33,417 nt of DNA, taken from a virus (taxonomy: Duplodnaviria > Caudoviricetes). This document shows, piece by piece, positions 18,501-27,400 of this stretch. Numbering within the stretch: the first letter of the stretch is position 1; each line of letters starts with the position of its first letter. Below the pieces are notes generated by a model that worked only from the letters and a program-made list of their open reading frames with translations, was not told where the DNA came from and made no database searches. The stretch spans positions 1 through 33,417 of IMG/VR virus record IMGVR_UViG_3300033153_008111; one strand, written 5' to 3'. The translations under genes were made by a program, and so were the position numbers.

Positions 18501-20791
18501 TAAATAATTGGCAAACAGAGTTTAGACCTACAAAAGCAATAGTCGATTATACAACAGATGTATATGGAAATGAGACCATAATTAAAGATTCAAATGGATC
18601 AACTATCGGAAGTTATTCAGAAGTAGCCCCAGTATTACCTAGTGATATAACTTCAATTGAATACTCACTTCCACATGACTATGCTTGGATTTCAAATACA
18701 TCCAATTTAGACCCAGTTATTACAAAAATAGATCTTACTACAAATATCGCTACGCTTCTTGATGTAGGACCAGAACCAGCTCATAATTATTTTGATGGAG
18801 AATGGTTCTGGGTGTCTCATATTAATGAATATTTTGCAAGATTATACAAAAGGTATGTAAGTGGGGGGTCAGCCGGTTCTAAAGATTTTGGTGATTGGAC
18901 GAATCCAGCATATATGGTAAGTGATGGAACTTATTTATGGCTCTCGTTTTATTCGACATCTACTACAACTAGAATAGCTAAAATAGATGGAACTCTAGCG
19001 CCCGGTAGTTGGATAGTAGATTCAATAGACGATCCTGATATACAATCTACCGTTGTAAGTCCTATATTTAATAGAACTGATATTTGGGCTAGTATAGGGT
19101 TTTCTTGGGATAATCCTGGAACTTTAGTAAAAATTAATACTACTACATGTTCAGTAACAAGTACATATTCTGATGGACCTACTATTAAAAACGCTATTAC
19201 TGGTCTGATATTTGATGGAGAATATTTGTGGTTTTCATGTTCTACATCATCAAGCCTAAATGACGCTTGGATTTCTAAATTTGATATTAATACAGGAACT
19301 GTAATTAATAGTGTTAATATTTATTCAGGGTATACGTTAGAATATGATGGAACTTATATGTATGTAAATGGATTTCTGACTAATACTATAACTGTAATAA
19401 ATGCTGAAACATTTAGCATTGTAAACACTATATTACTTTCTGATACGTCAGGGTCGGGGTCATCAAGTTTGAGTTTTGACGGGGAAAGTATACTGTTGGC
19501 ATGTGGGGATGGTTTTTATAGAGTAAATATTGAAACATATGATGTAAGTGGAAAACTTACTCTCGGCGGTTATAAATCTACTTTTATTACAACTAATGCT
19601 ATACCAATAATAATGGAACCTAATTGTGCAACCATAGATAATAATCAATTAATTAGTATGAGAGTTCTTGCTTTACCATTTTACTCAATATATTATACTT
19701 TAGATGGAACTACTCCAACTAATCAAAGTAATTTATATACAGTTCCATTTTCACTTCCAAATAATTCTACAACCACAGTTAAAACGGTTGCAATTCATCC
19801 AGGGAGAAAAACATCTAAAGTAAAAACTATTGACTATACAACCGGTGGGGGTGAGATGGGACATATTTGGACTGTAAATAGGATTAGCAATACACTTTCA
19901 AAAGTAAATACAATTACAAATACTACGGTTCAAACTATACCTGTAAAATCTAATGCATCTAAAATAGTTTATGATGGTACCTATCTATGGGTTTCAAACA
20001 CATCAACAGATAGTGTATTGAAAATAGATCCAATATATGGGCATGTTTTATACCAGATAGATGTGCAAAATACCCCACAATATATGGTATATGACAATGG
20101 CTATCTTTGGGTATCTAATATAGACAGTCATAGTATATCAAAAATAGATACAACTTCAAATATTGTTGTTGTTAATATTCCATTACCAAACATTTTTCCG
20201 CAAAGAGGATTAGTATTAGATGATAATAACGGTCTTTGGACTGCGGATAGTAGTAATGATCAACTGCTTCGAGTAGATATAATAACTCATGCAGTTACTA
20301 CAGTAGCTGTAGGTACCTATCCATATGGGGTTTTCTTCTTAGATGGTTATATTTGGACAGGAGATGTTCACCAAATGGCTGTTAATACTGTTTCAAAAGT
20401 TGATCCGATAACACAAACTCGAGTTGCACAAATAATGGTTGGAGATGAACCGGTAGGAATGACATTTGATGGTACCTATATTTGGGTTGCTAATTATTAT
20501 GACCAGAATGTATCTAAAATAGAGGCTTCTACCAATACAGTTGTAAATACAATAGCTGTTGGTACTTCAAACCCACACAATATGCTTTTTGATGGAACCT
20601 TTGTTTGGGTTGTTTGTTTGGGTGGTTCGGTGTGTAAAATTGATCCTTTAACTGATAATGTAACTGAGATTTCTTTAACTACCAGCGCTTACAATATTAT
20701 TATGGACGGAACTTATATATATATTGGTCATTATGGGATTGAAAATAAATTAACAAAAATTCATAGAATATACAGTAGGATCTGGAGTTGA
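15524..20791 (+). CDS. Wedge copy 2, N-terminal part, fused to beta-propeller repeats and an FN3-associated (CHB_HEX_C-like) domain
   Basis: First ~555 aa are paralogous to copy 1. Then D..G..H-type repeats, (F/Y)DG.Y(L/I)WV YVTN-like repeats and IYYTLDGTTPT. GTG start. Confidence 0.85.
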   Translation: MSDSISTQIDISRDSIKEQVSTYLKEYLEIENVDLSNSSFLSFLVNILSTLTGNILFYQLSGYKEFFLTQAQLPESISNLSAFLGYHSNMAEYATTNVVMTVEFNFPDDSNTFTIPSGFKFKSNSIEFVTYYTSDVEVTSNSEVNILITEGDKKYYLPVTIGSGTFSFALPVRQYKTNTQEFQIDLDIEPYQFLTIDVPLSGKATSINVTISEPGNAATILWTEYNSLYFLDQTTKGYVVRNTSFGKRLFFGNGLIGSQPSAGSNITIVINETEGTIGNIDADSITSGDKVYTFIETGTNQAVKYTMTNPVSATCGKDEESDEEVRSNSIKHITSLGNLVTNNDYKNIDVVVDNSPLSENILAVLKRSDIKLNDIQLYSPIEFSSEITPTRNTYYTDRTDSGIVSRGTIVTTDNVDYYTLFDLILDYTTLIAKYKYVMYEIEQIPSLIITHTNYGLYVINLVVSKSASKAVFKLYYTSTESNFENCTCEMQIVSNETSYNMVNDSTSQTFIYEIDPYTTIPDDKQKYYFSISNPSSTLVSKYSTSFTFVKDCSKFMLSTFEYTDPYIPVESFDPVSVSPFYTWVIEEDTYSKTDPHLDHNIIFNSITGKVEIVYIDDNVNEGSYHISGNKDSFTAGDYRCSNMQYQSKIMLDDFGNIYYVGWSGTGYLGIKGNGYGSYSADAYDLAPGYKIHNSVGDRYSYRGFDVITGLNEGDIHAVFYGYNSTLMINYGTYYTTNVTGSWVTKFISDKFSYVPKIKIDSLGNLYIVLPNTTTNAYTTVIESLGTWESTNYSAIVNSSISMVGIDFDSSNNLHMVGFHSSINSLIYATNVTGEWVSQTITQIDPLNNTSEWTGSYKQISFKIGRNRTVYILHYYTSLSTTAAKMVMSNNVSGQFISSIVDQENETGRTYTDSGVQMDLYINNIHAVYCKYNPGSTVIYSSLVYGVFGESGYVSLTDTNYWAPDSTICSFDSTSNTWVSEDTYSPKGISLTPINNWQTEFRPTKAIVDYTTDVYGNETIIKDSNGSTIGSYSEVAPVLPSDITSIEYSLPHDYAWISNTSNLDPVITKIDLTTNIATLLDVGPEPAHNYFDGEWFWVSHINEYFARLYKRYVSGGSAGSKDFGDWTNPAYMVSDGTYLWLSFYSTSTTTRIAKIDGTLAPGSWIVDSIDDPDIQSTVVSPIFNRTDIWASIGFSWDNPGTLVKINTTTCSVTSTYSDGPTIKNAITGLIFDGEYLWFSCSTSSSLNDAWISKFDINTGTVINSVNIYSGYTLEYDGTYMYVNGFLTNTITVINAETFSIVNTILLSDTSGSGSSSLSFDGESILLACGDGFYRVNIETYDVSGKLTLGGYKSTFITTNAIPIIMEPNCATIDNNQLISMRVLALPFYSIYYTLDGTTPTNQSNLYTVPFSLPNNSTTTVKTVAIHPGRKTSKVKTIDYTTGGGEMGHIWTVNRISNTLSKVNTITNTTVQTIPVKSNASKIVYDGTYLWVSNTSTDSVLKIDPIYGHVLYQIDVQNTPQYMVYDNGYLWVSNIDSHSISKIDTTSNIVVVNIPLPNIFPQRGLVLDDNNGLWTADSSNDQLLRVDIITHAVTTVAVGTYPYGVFFLDGYIWTGDVHQMAVNTVSKVDPITQTRVAQIMVGDEPVGMTFDGTYIWVANYYDQNVSKIEASTNTVVNTIAVGTSNPHNMLFDGTFVWVVCLGGSVCKIDPLTDNVTEISLTTSAYNIIMDGTYIYIGHYGIENKLTKIHRIYSRIWS

Positions 20792-20840
20792 TGGTCTGAT
20801 TAAACACAATACAATCTTATTATAAGGAGAATAATAATTC

Positions 20841-23123
20841 ATGCAAGTTGGTACTGTATATATATCACCTGGAGATGGATCAGAAATACAACCAACTGAT
20901 ACCATTACCATTACATGTGATACATCCGATGTTTATATTTATTATACTTTGGATGGAAGTACTCCTACACAGTTATCAACTTTATACACTGTCCCGTTTA
21001 TAATTGGAGATAACACAACTCAAGTTAGTGCACGAGCGTTTGCTGTTCCTCAAGAAGTAACCCATTATATGAGATTAGAAAATGACGAAGCAATAGCAAA
21101 TTTTGATATTGTATCAGACACAACTAATTCTATGGAATTGAGTGACATATCTTTATATAGTGATATTCCTCTAGTAGGAACATTAACAACTACATTAATA
21201 GATGAAACTAATTTTTATGAACTTAGAGGGGCAAAAACAGATCCAAACACTAATATTCAACATATCTTTTATGTTGATAATGAAAATACTTTATATCATG
21301 CATATGGGAATGGAGATTCATTTAATATAGAAGAAGTTACATCTAGTAGTCTTTATACACAATCTAATGTAAGTATAGCGTTTGATTCTTCTGGTGACAT
21401 TCATTTAGCAGTAGCAGCTTTCAGCGAAGATGATATAAATTATCTAACTACCCGTGGGTATCTTGGATGGGGGGGTGTACAACGAGTAGGGCATTGCACT
21501 CCAGCTGATTCTTCGTATGATATTATAGACATTGTGGTTGATTCAAACGATGATATTCACATAATTTATACATATGGAACCTCCGGAATATTTCGATCAA
21601 GTAAAATATCAGGAATTTGGTCAAAATTTCAAGTTGTATATGCTACAAATGATATTGAATCAACTGATATTGTTTCATCTCCAAAAATTAGTATTGATTC
21701 TGATAATGATATTCATATATACTTTAGATGGTATGATAATCTTGGAAGTGAAACATGGCATTTATATTATATGGTTCTTTATAGTAATTTCTATATAACA
21801 ATCCCAATAGATACATCGTTTAAATCAGGAACTTCTTTAGCCACTGATTTTAATGATAAGTCTTTCTTTTCAACTAATGAAGGGGTAACTTCTGAAAGAT
21901 TAATATTAGGAGTTCTTGATTCTACATCAAGTCTATCATATGGAACTTCTGGAAGCGCTGGAGTGACAACACCTCCTATTGATTCCACATCTAATTGGAC
22001 AATATACTCTATATTACTTCCTCCTATTATTGATTCATTTGGTTTATTTCTAACTATATCTTTTAATAAAATGGTTATTATAGATGATATTATTTATTTA
22101 TTGAGTGTTTTTGAAAGTATAGAAGCATCACCAAATACATCGTATTCTATATTATCATCTATTCAACAAAGCAAACTTGGGATTAATACTTGGAATTCAT
22201 ATATTCTTACAGATGGTGACGAAATTATTATAAATGAATATAACGATATTTGGGCTGTTAATAATACACTTTATATTACAGGATATCAAAATAATACAAT
22301 TACAGGTGATCGTTCATTGTTTACATCTGAGTATGATTCAGAAAGAATTATATATGGGTCTCCTGGACCAGGGGCTGCTACTATTTATGATATACCAGTT
22401 ATAAAGAAAAGTTATTATGATGGTATTAACCAAAGGGTTTTTGAGAGTCAAATTTTACAACAAATAGTTTCAAATATAAGTTTAGAAGACTATAAAATAC
22501 TGACAGATTTTTCAAATATTAAATTCACTAATACAGATGGTAAATGTATAAATATGGGTTATAATACAACAAACCGGGTATCAATAATTAATTTAATAGA
22601 TACGCTTCCTTCTATTTCTAATGATGGAGATAGATATATTTTAACAAGTGGGGATTATACAAATTATATAGCCCAATGTACTGATTCAACTGCAAACACC
22701 TGGATATATAAAGAACCTACAACAAACGATATTGTTACGATTACTGCTTTATCAACAAAATATATTTATTCATATAATGGTTGGCTTGAAATTCCAGAAT
22801 ATCAAATTCCTCTTGAACTTGATATTGAAATATTTAAAGAAAATTCATATATAGGATCTAATACAGAGTTAGCAACATTTATCAGAGAAAGTGTTCTAAC
22901 ATCATTTCAAAGTAGATTCGGGTCTAATATTTCTCTATATAGGTCTGAAATTATTGATGTTGTTCAAAGTTTGACTGGAGTTGACCATTGTAGATTATTA
23001 CAACCAGTAACTGATATATTTTTCAATTTTGATTTAACAAATTTGACAAAAGCTGAATTATTAACCTATGGACCAGATTACATTTATTTTGGATCTGATA
23101 ATATAACGGTAAGGATTCTATAA
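20841..23123 (+). CDS. FN3-associated domain, propeller repeats and wedge copy 2 C-terminal part
   Basis: N-terminal IYYTLDGSTPT; last ~245 aa (from TIYDIPVI, 22380) paralogous to the copy 1 C-terminus; AAGGAG RBS. Confidence 0.85.
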   Translation: MQVGTVYISPGDGSEIQPTDTITITCDTSDVYIYYTLDGSTPTQLSTLYTVPFIIGDNTTQVSARAFAVPQEVTHYMRLENDEAIANFDIVSDTTNSMELSDISLYSDIPLVGTLTTTLIDETNFYELRGAKTDPNTNIQHIFYVDNENTLYHAYGNGDSFNIEEVTSSSLYTQSNVSIAFDSSGDIHLAVAAFSEDDINYLTTRGYLGWGGVQRVGHCTPADSSYDIIDIVVDSNDDIHIIYTYGTSGIFRSSKISGIWSKFQVVYATNDIESTDIVSSPKISIDSDNDIHIYFRWYDNLGSETWHLYYMVLYSNFYITIPIDTSFKSGTSLATDFNDKSFFSTNEGVTSERLILGVLDSTSSLSYGTSGSAGVTTPPIDSTSNWTIYSILLPPIIDSFGLFLTISFNKMVIIDDIIYLLSVFESIEASPNTSYSILSSIQQSKLGINTWNSYILTDGDEIIINEYNDIWAVNNTLYITGYQNNTITGDRSLFTSEYDSERIIYGSPGPGAATIYDIPVIKKSYYDGINQRVFESQILQQIVSNISLEDYKILTDFSNIKFTNTDGKCINMGYNTTNRVSIINLIDTLPSISNDGDRYILTSGDYTNYIAQCTDSTANTWIYKEPTTNDIVTITALSTKYIYSYNGWLEIPEYQIPLELDIEIFKENSYIGSNTELATFIRESVLTSFQSRFGSNISLYRSEIIDVVQSLTGVDHCRLLQPVTDIFFNFDLTNLTKAELLTYGPDYIYFGSDNITVRIL

Positions 23124-23125
23124 AA

Positions 23126-26100
23126 ATGACAGACCCTATTTCAACACAAATTGATGTATCAAGAGATTCAATAAAAAGTCAAGTCGGTATGTACTTGAAA
23201 GAATATCTTGAGCTTGAAAATGTTGACCTTACAAAATCGTCATTTTTGTTATTCTTAGTAAATATATTATCAACATTAACAGGAAATATATTATTTTACC
23301 AACTTTCATTATATAAGGAATTCTACTTAACACAAGCACAATTACCTGATAGTATATTCAATTTATCAGCTTTTCTTGGGTATAATTCATCATCTGCAAC
23401 ATATGCTACTTCTAATGTAACAATGACAGTTGATTTTAATTTTCCTGATTCGTCAAATACATTTACTATACCTTCAGGATTTAAATTTAAAAGTGATAGT
23501 ATAGAGTTTGTAACTTATTATAATTCTGCTATTACAATTACTAATAATTCAGCAGTATCTATTTTAATAACTGAGGGGAATAAGAAATATTATCTACCTG
23601 TAACTATAGGAAGCGGATCATTCTCATTTTCATTACCTATCAGACAATATAAAATTACATCCAAAGAATTTAAACTTGCGTCTAATCTTGAACAATATCA
23701 ATTTGTTACAATTGATGTGCCTATAGATGGAAAAGTTTCATCCTTATCAGTAGGTATAACTGTACCTGGAGATGCTATAGTAAAAACATGGACAGAGTAT
23801 AATAATTTATATTTAATGAGCGACACAATTGAAGGGTATGTTTCAAGAAGAACTGCCGATGGAATTACATTATTTTTTGGAAATGGTCTAATAGGAGCAC
23901 AACCTGTCGCTGGATCATCGGTAACTGTTAATATAAATGAAACAGAAGGTATAAGTGGAAATGTTGCAGAAGGAACAATTAATAAAGGAGAAAAAATATA
24001 TACCTATCTAGATTCTGGAGCAACCCAAGTTGTTAAATACACAGCAACAAATTCAGTTGCGGCATTTAATGGAAAAGAAGAAGAAGCATTAGAAGAAATT
24101 AGAAGTAATTCTATTAAGTCAATAACAAGTTTAGGAAATCTAGTCACTAATAATGATTATAAAAATATAAATGTTGTAGTTGATGATTCTCCGTTAGAAC
24201 CAGATACTATAGCTGTTTTGAAAAGATCAGATCTTAGATTGAACGATATTCAATTATATAGTCCTGTAAAGTTTGAAAATGTAATAACACCGACAAGAAA
24301 TGAACAAAGATCTCAAAATTATTATGGAGTTCCTATTCCTAGAGGAACAGTAATATCGTCTAATGGTACAGATTATTATACGCTTTTTGATTTAGATGTA
24401 AATACAGATAGTTCAATGGTAAATTATAACTATGTAATGTATGAGATTGAACAAATTCCATCTTTAATTAAAGATTATGAAACTACATATGATTTTGCGG
24501 TTACTAATTTAATAGTTTCTAATAGTAATAATACATCTATATTTGAATTGTATTATACAAGTACTGAGGTAAATTGTGATTTGTGTTCATGTGAAATGCA
24601 AATAGCTTCAAACGAACGAACATATGATATGACAATTGATTCAACTTCAAGTATTTTTACATTGAATATAACTCCTTATACATTACTACCTGCTGATGAG
24701 CAAATATATTACTTTACAATAACAAATCCAAGTGGTACGGCAGTATCTAAATATTCAGCAACGTTTACTTTTATTAAAGACTGTTCAAAATTTATGTTAT
24801 CAAGTATTGGTGATTATATTGATTCGACCTCTGTACCAGGAGATCCTATAATAATAGATGTAGATCCAGAACCTCCAATTGTTGGTCCTTTATATACTTG
24901 GGAAATTACTGATGATATATATAGTTTTCTAAATATAATATATAATCATATTGATGGAAATACACATATAACATATGAAGGTAATGAAGGAATTTATTAT
25001 ATATATGGAAATAATGGGGTGTATTCAAATCCAGAATTTTTATTTCCTGATGAAGACTATAGTGAAGAATATTGTACAATGGCATATGATAGTACAGGAA
25101 CTATGTATTTTAGTGGAAGAACTGATGATTGGGAGCTACGGTATTATAAATATGGAACCCAGACAGAAATATTAGATGAAGGTCCACTTGGATCAACTTT
25201 CAGTGTAGATATGATAATAGATGATAATGATTATGTTCATATTTTTTATCGAAAATCGAATATACTATATCATACAACAAATTTAAGCGGGGCATTTGTA
25301 AGAGAAGTAATATATACCCATTCTGATGAAAACCCTTGGGGGGCTTCAGTTGTTGCAAAAATAGATAGGGATCAAAATTATCATATTGCTGTTATAATAC
25401 CTGCTCAATATATTCCTGAAACACATGTTTATACTTCTAATATTGCTTATATTTATGGAAATACTGGGAATTGGAGTTCCCCTGACATAGTAGATATTGA
25501 AAATAGATGGGTTCGTGTACATATGGATATTGATAAGATAGAAGTAGGAGTAGTTCATATATCATATTATTCACATGATGATGATCATATTAGATATACT
25601 TCGAATAGTTCAGGAACTTGGGAATATACTAATATACACACATTACCTCCTGTTGATTTAAATAATGATTGGGATATTGCAACCAATAATGTAATTACAC
25701 AAAATAATAAAGTATATATTATAACATGTTATCGTAAGTATGTCTGGGCCCTTGATATTTATAAGTCTACTATAGTAATATCGGTTAAAATAAACAATAA
25801 TTGGATTTCATATAATTTACTTGAGTATACAGATAAAATTATTGCTTTTAGTAGCATGGCTACAAGTTTGTATCATAATTTAATATATTTAGTTTATAAG
25901 ACTACTGCTAGTGGAAATATTAAAAGTGTAACATCTGGAGTATATGGTGAAAGTGGATGGGTTGATGTAACAAATGATCAATTTTGGGAACCAACTCCAT
26001 TGTTGGATAATACTAGTTGGGATAGTACCTCAGAATCTTGGATTTCAAATGATTTAACAAATAGTATTGATCTTATTCCAACTGGAGACTGGGAAACAGA

Positions 26101-27382
26101 TAAAACATTTTCAGAAGCAAGAGTACTTTGTAATGTAGAATCCCCCCCGATTGTTACTGCTTCATTTAAAGATATTAATGAACAAATGATTGGTGAAACA
26201 TCAGCTTTTTCTGAAGAAACTAGTAGTGAAGCATCAGTTACATATTACGAAGCGGCTCCTTTTGCTTGGGTAGGAACTGGAACCGGTTATATAGATAAAA
26301 TTAATTTAGATGATGATTCTATAGAAAACATACTTGTAGGCAGCAATGCCGAAAATACTTTTTATGACGGTGAATATATGTGGGTTTCATGTAGTGACTC
26401 TTTTAATCCATTGATCCAAAAACTTCATAAATATACAAATGAACTTCTTTGTACAACTTTAACTTCTAGTGGAGCTTATGGAACAGTTTTATCAAAGTTT
26501 CCAGAACAAATGTGCAAAGCTAGTTACCTTTGGTTTGTTTGTAATACTAATGACTCAGGAAGTTATAGAGTTCAAAGGATAAGTCTTTATAATTGTTATA
26601 AATATATAGGTATTTCAGAACCTACAGTTGGTGATTATGCTAAAGGTATAGCATATGATGGGAGTAGTATTTGGATTGCTTGGAGTGGCGTATTAGGTAA
26701 TTTTAGTCAGTATGGTATTCATTTAGAGTCTTATGGATCATTTGGAATAAGATCAGAAAGATTATTATTTGCTGGAGGGTATTTATGGTTTTCAGCATAT
26801 GTAGCCGGGGAGTATAGAATATGTAAATTTGATGTATCTTCTAAAACTGTTCTTGATTATGCAGTAATTCCTGATTACACATATGATTTAGCGTTTGATG
26901 GAGTTAATGTTTGGACTACTATAAGAAATGACGCTATTGCAGTTAAAATAAATGCTTCAACAATGACAATTGCAGATAATGTTGCTGTTGGGAATGACCC
27001 AAGAGGAATTACTTTTGATGGAAGTAATATTTTAGTATGTAATTATTATGATGATACTATATCAAGAATTGCTGTTTTAAATGGAAGTGGAACTACAACA
27101 ATAACAGGCATAACAGAAGAACCATGTAATATTGAAATTAGTGAACCTGTTATATATCCGAATCCACATCCTGGTTCAGTACAAGTAGGAACTACTTTAG
27201 CATTAACATGTAGTATATTAGATTATGATATTTACTACACAATAGATGGTTCAGACCCTAATCCCGGTACTTTATATACTGCTCCTTTTACAATACCTCA
27301 TGGCGTAGTTAAAGTAAAAGCAGTAGGAACTTATAATGGTAAAATACAATTATACAATTATACAACTTATTCTCCTTTATAA
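23126..27382 (+). CDS. Wedge copy 3, N-terminal part, fused to propeller repeats and an FN3-associated domain
   Basis: Same architecture as 15524-20791 but lacking the last propeller. Confidence 0.85.
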   Translation: MTDPISTQIDVSRDSIKSQVGMYLKEYLELENVDLTKSSFLLFLVNILSTLTGNILFYQLSLYKEFYLTQAQLPDSIFNLSAFLGYNSSSATYATSNVTMTVDFNFPDSSNTFTIPSGFKFKSDSIEFVTYYNSAITITNNSAVSILITEGNKKYYLPVTIGSGSFSFSLPIRQYKITSKEFKLASNLEQYQFVTIDVPIDGKVSSLSVGITVPGDAIVKTWTEYNNLYLMSDTIEGYVSRRTADGITLFFGNGLIGAQPVAGSSVTVNINETEGISGNVAEGTINKGEKIYTYLDSGATQVVKYTATNSVAAFNGKEEEALEEIRSNSIKSITSLGNLVTNNDYKNINVVVDDSPLEPDTIAVLKRSDLRLNDIQLYSPVKFENVITPTRNEQRSQNYYGVPIPRGTVISSNGTDYYTLFDLDVNTDSSMVNYNYVMYEIEQIPSLIKDYETTYDFAVTNLIVSNSNNTSIFELYYTSTEVNCDLCSCEMQIASNERTYDMTIDSTSSIFTLNITPYTLLPADEQIYYFTITNPSGTAVSKYSATFTFIKDCSKFMLSSIGDYIDSTSVPGDPIIIDVDPEPPIVGPLYTWEITDDIYSFLNIIYNHIDGNTHITYEGNEGIYYIYGNNGVYSNPEFLFPDEDYSEEYCTMAYDSTGTMYFSGRTDDWELRYYKYGTQTEILDEGPLGSTFSVDMIIDDNDYVHIFYRKSNILYHTTNLSGAFVREVIYTHSDENPWGASVVAKIDRDQNYHIAVIIPAQYIPETHVYTSNIAYIYGNTGNWSSPDIVDIENRWVRVHMDIDKIEVGVVHISYYSHDDDHIRYTSNSSGTWEYTNIHTLPPVDLNNDWDIATNNVITQNNKVYIITCYRKYVWALDIYKSTIVISVKINNNWISYNLLEYTDKIIAFSSMATSLYHNLIYLVYKTTASGNIKSVTSGVYGESGWVDVTNDQFWEPTPLLDNTSWDSTSESWISNDLTNSIDLIPTGDWETDKTFSEARVLCNVESPPIVTASFKDINEQMIGETSAFSEETSSEASVTYYEAAPFAWVGTGTGYIDKINLDDDSIENILVGSNAENTFYDGEYMWVSCSDSFNPLIQKLHKYTNELLCTTLTSSGAYGTVLSKFPEQMCKASYLWFVCNTNDSGSYRVQRISLYNCYKYIGISEPTVGDYAKGIAYDGSSIWIAWSGVLGNFSQYGIHLESYGSFGIRSERLLFAGGYLWFSAYVAGEYRICKFDVSSKTVLDYAVIPDYTYDLAFDGVNVWTTIRNDAIAVKINASTMTIADNVAVGNDPRGITFDGSNILVCNYYDDTISRIAVLNGSGTTTITGITEEPCNIEISEPVIYPNPHPGSVQVGTTLALTCSILDYDIYYTIDGSDPNPGTLYTAPFTIPHGVVKVKAVGTYNGKIQLYNYTTYSPL

Positions 27383-27400
27383 AAATAGGAATTTTAATTT

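Noticed and set aside
20792-27400. Stop-codon readthrough, recoding or sequencing error as the cause of the split wedge genes
   Set aside because: The copy 2 halves are in different frames with a 49-bp spacer and their own AAGGAG RBS. The copy 3 spacer has further in-frame stops (TAA AAA TAG GAA TTT TAA). Long ORFs elsewhere are intact under the standard code.
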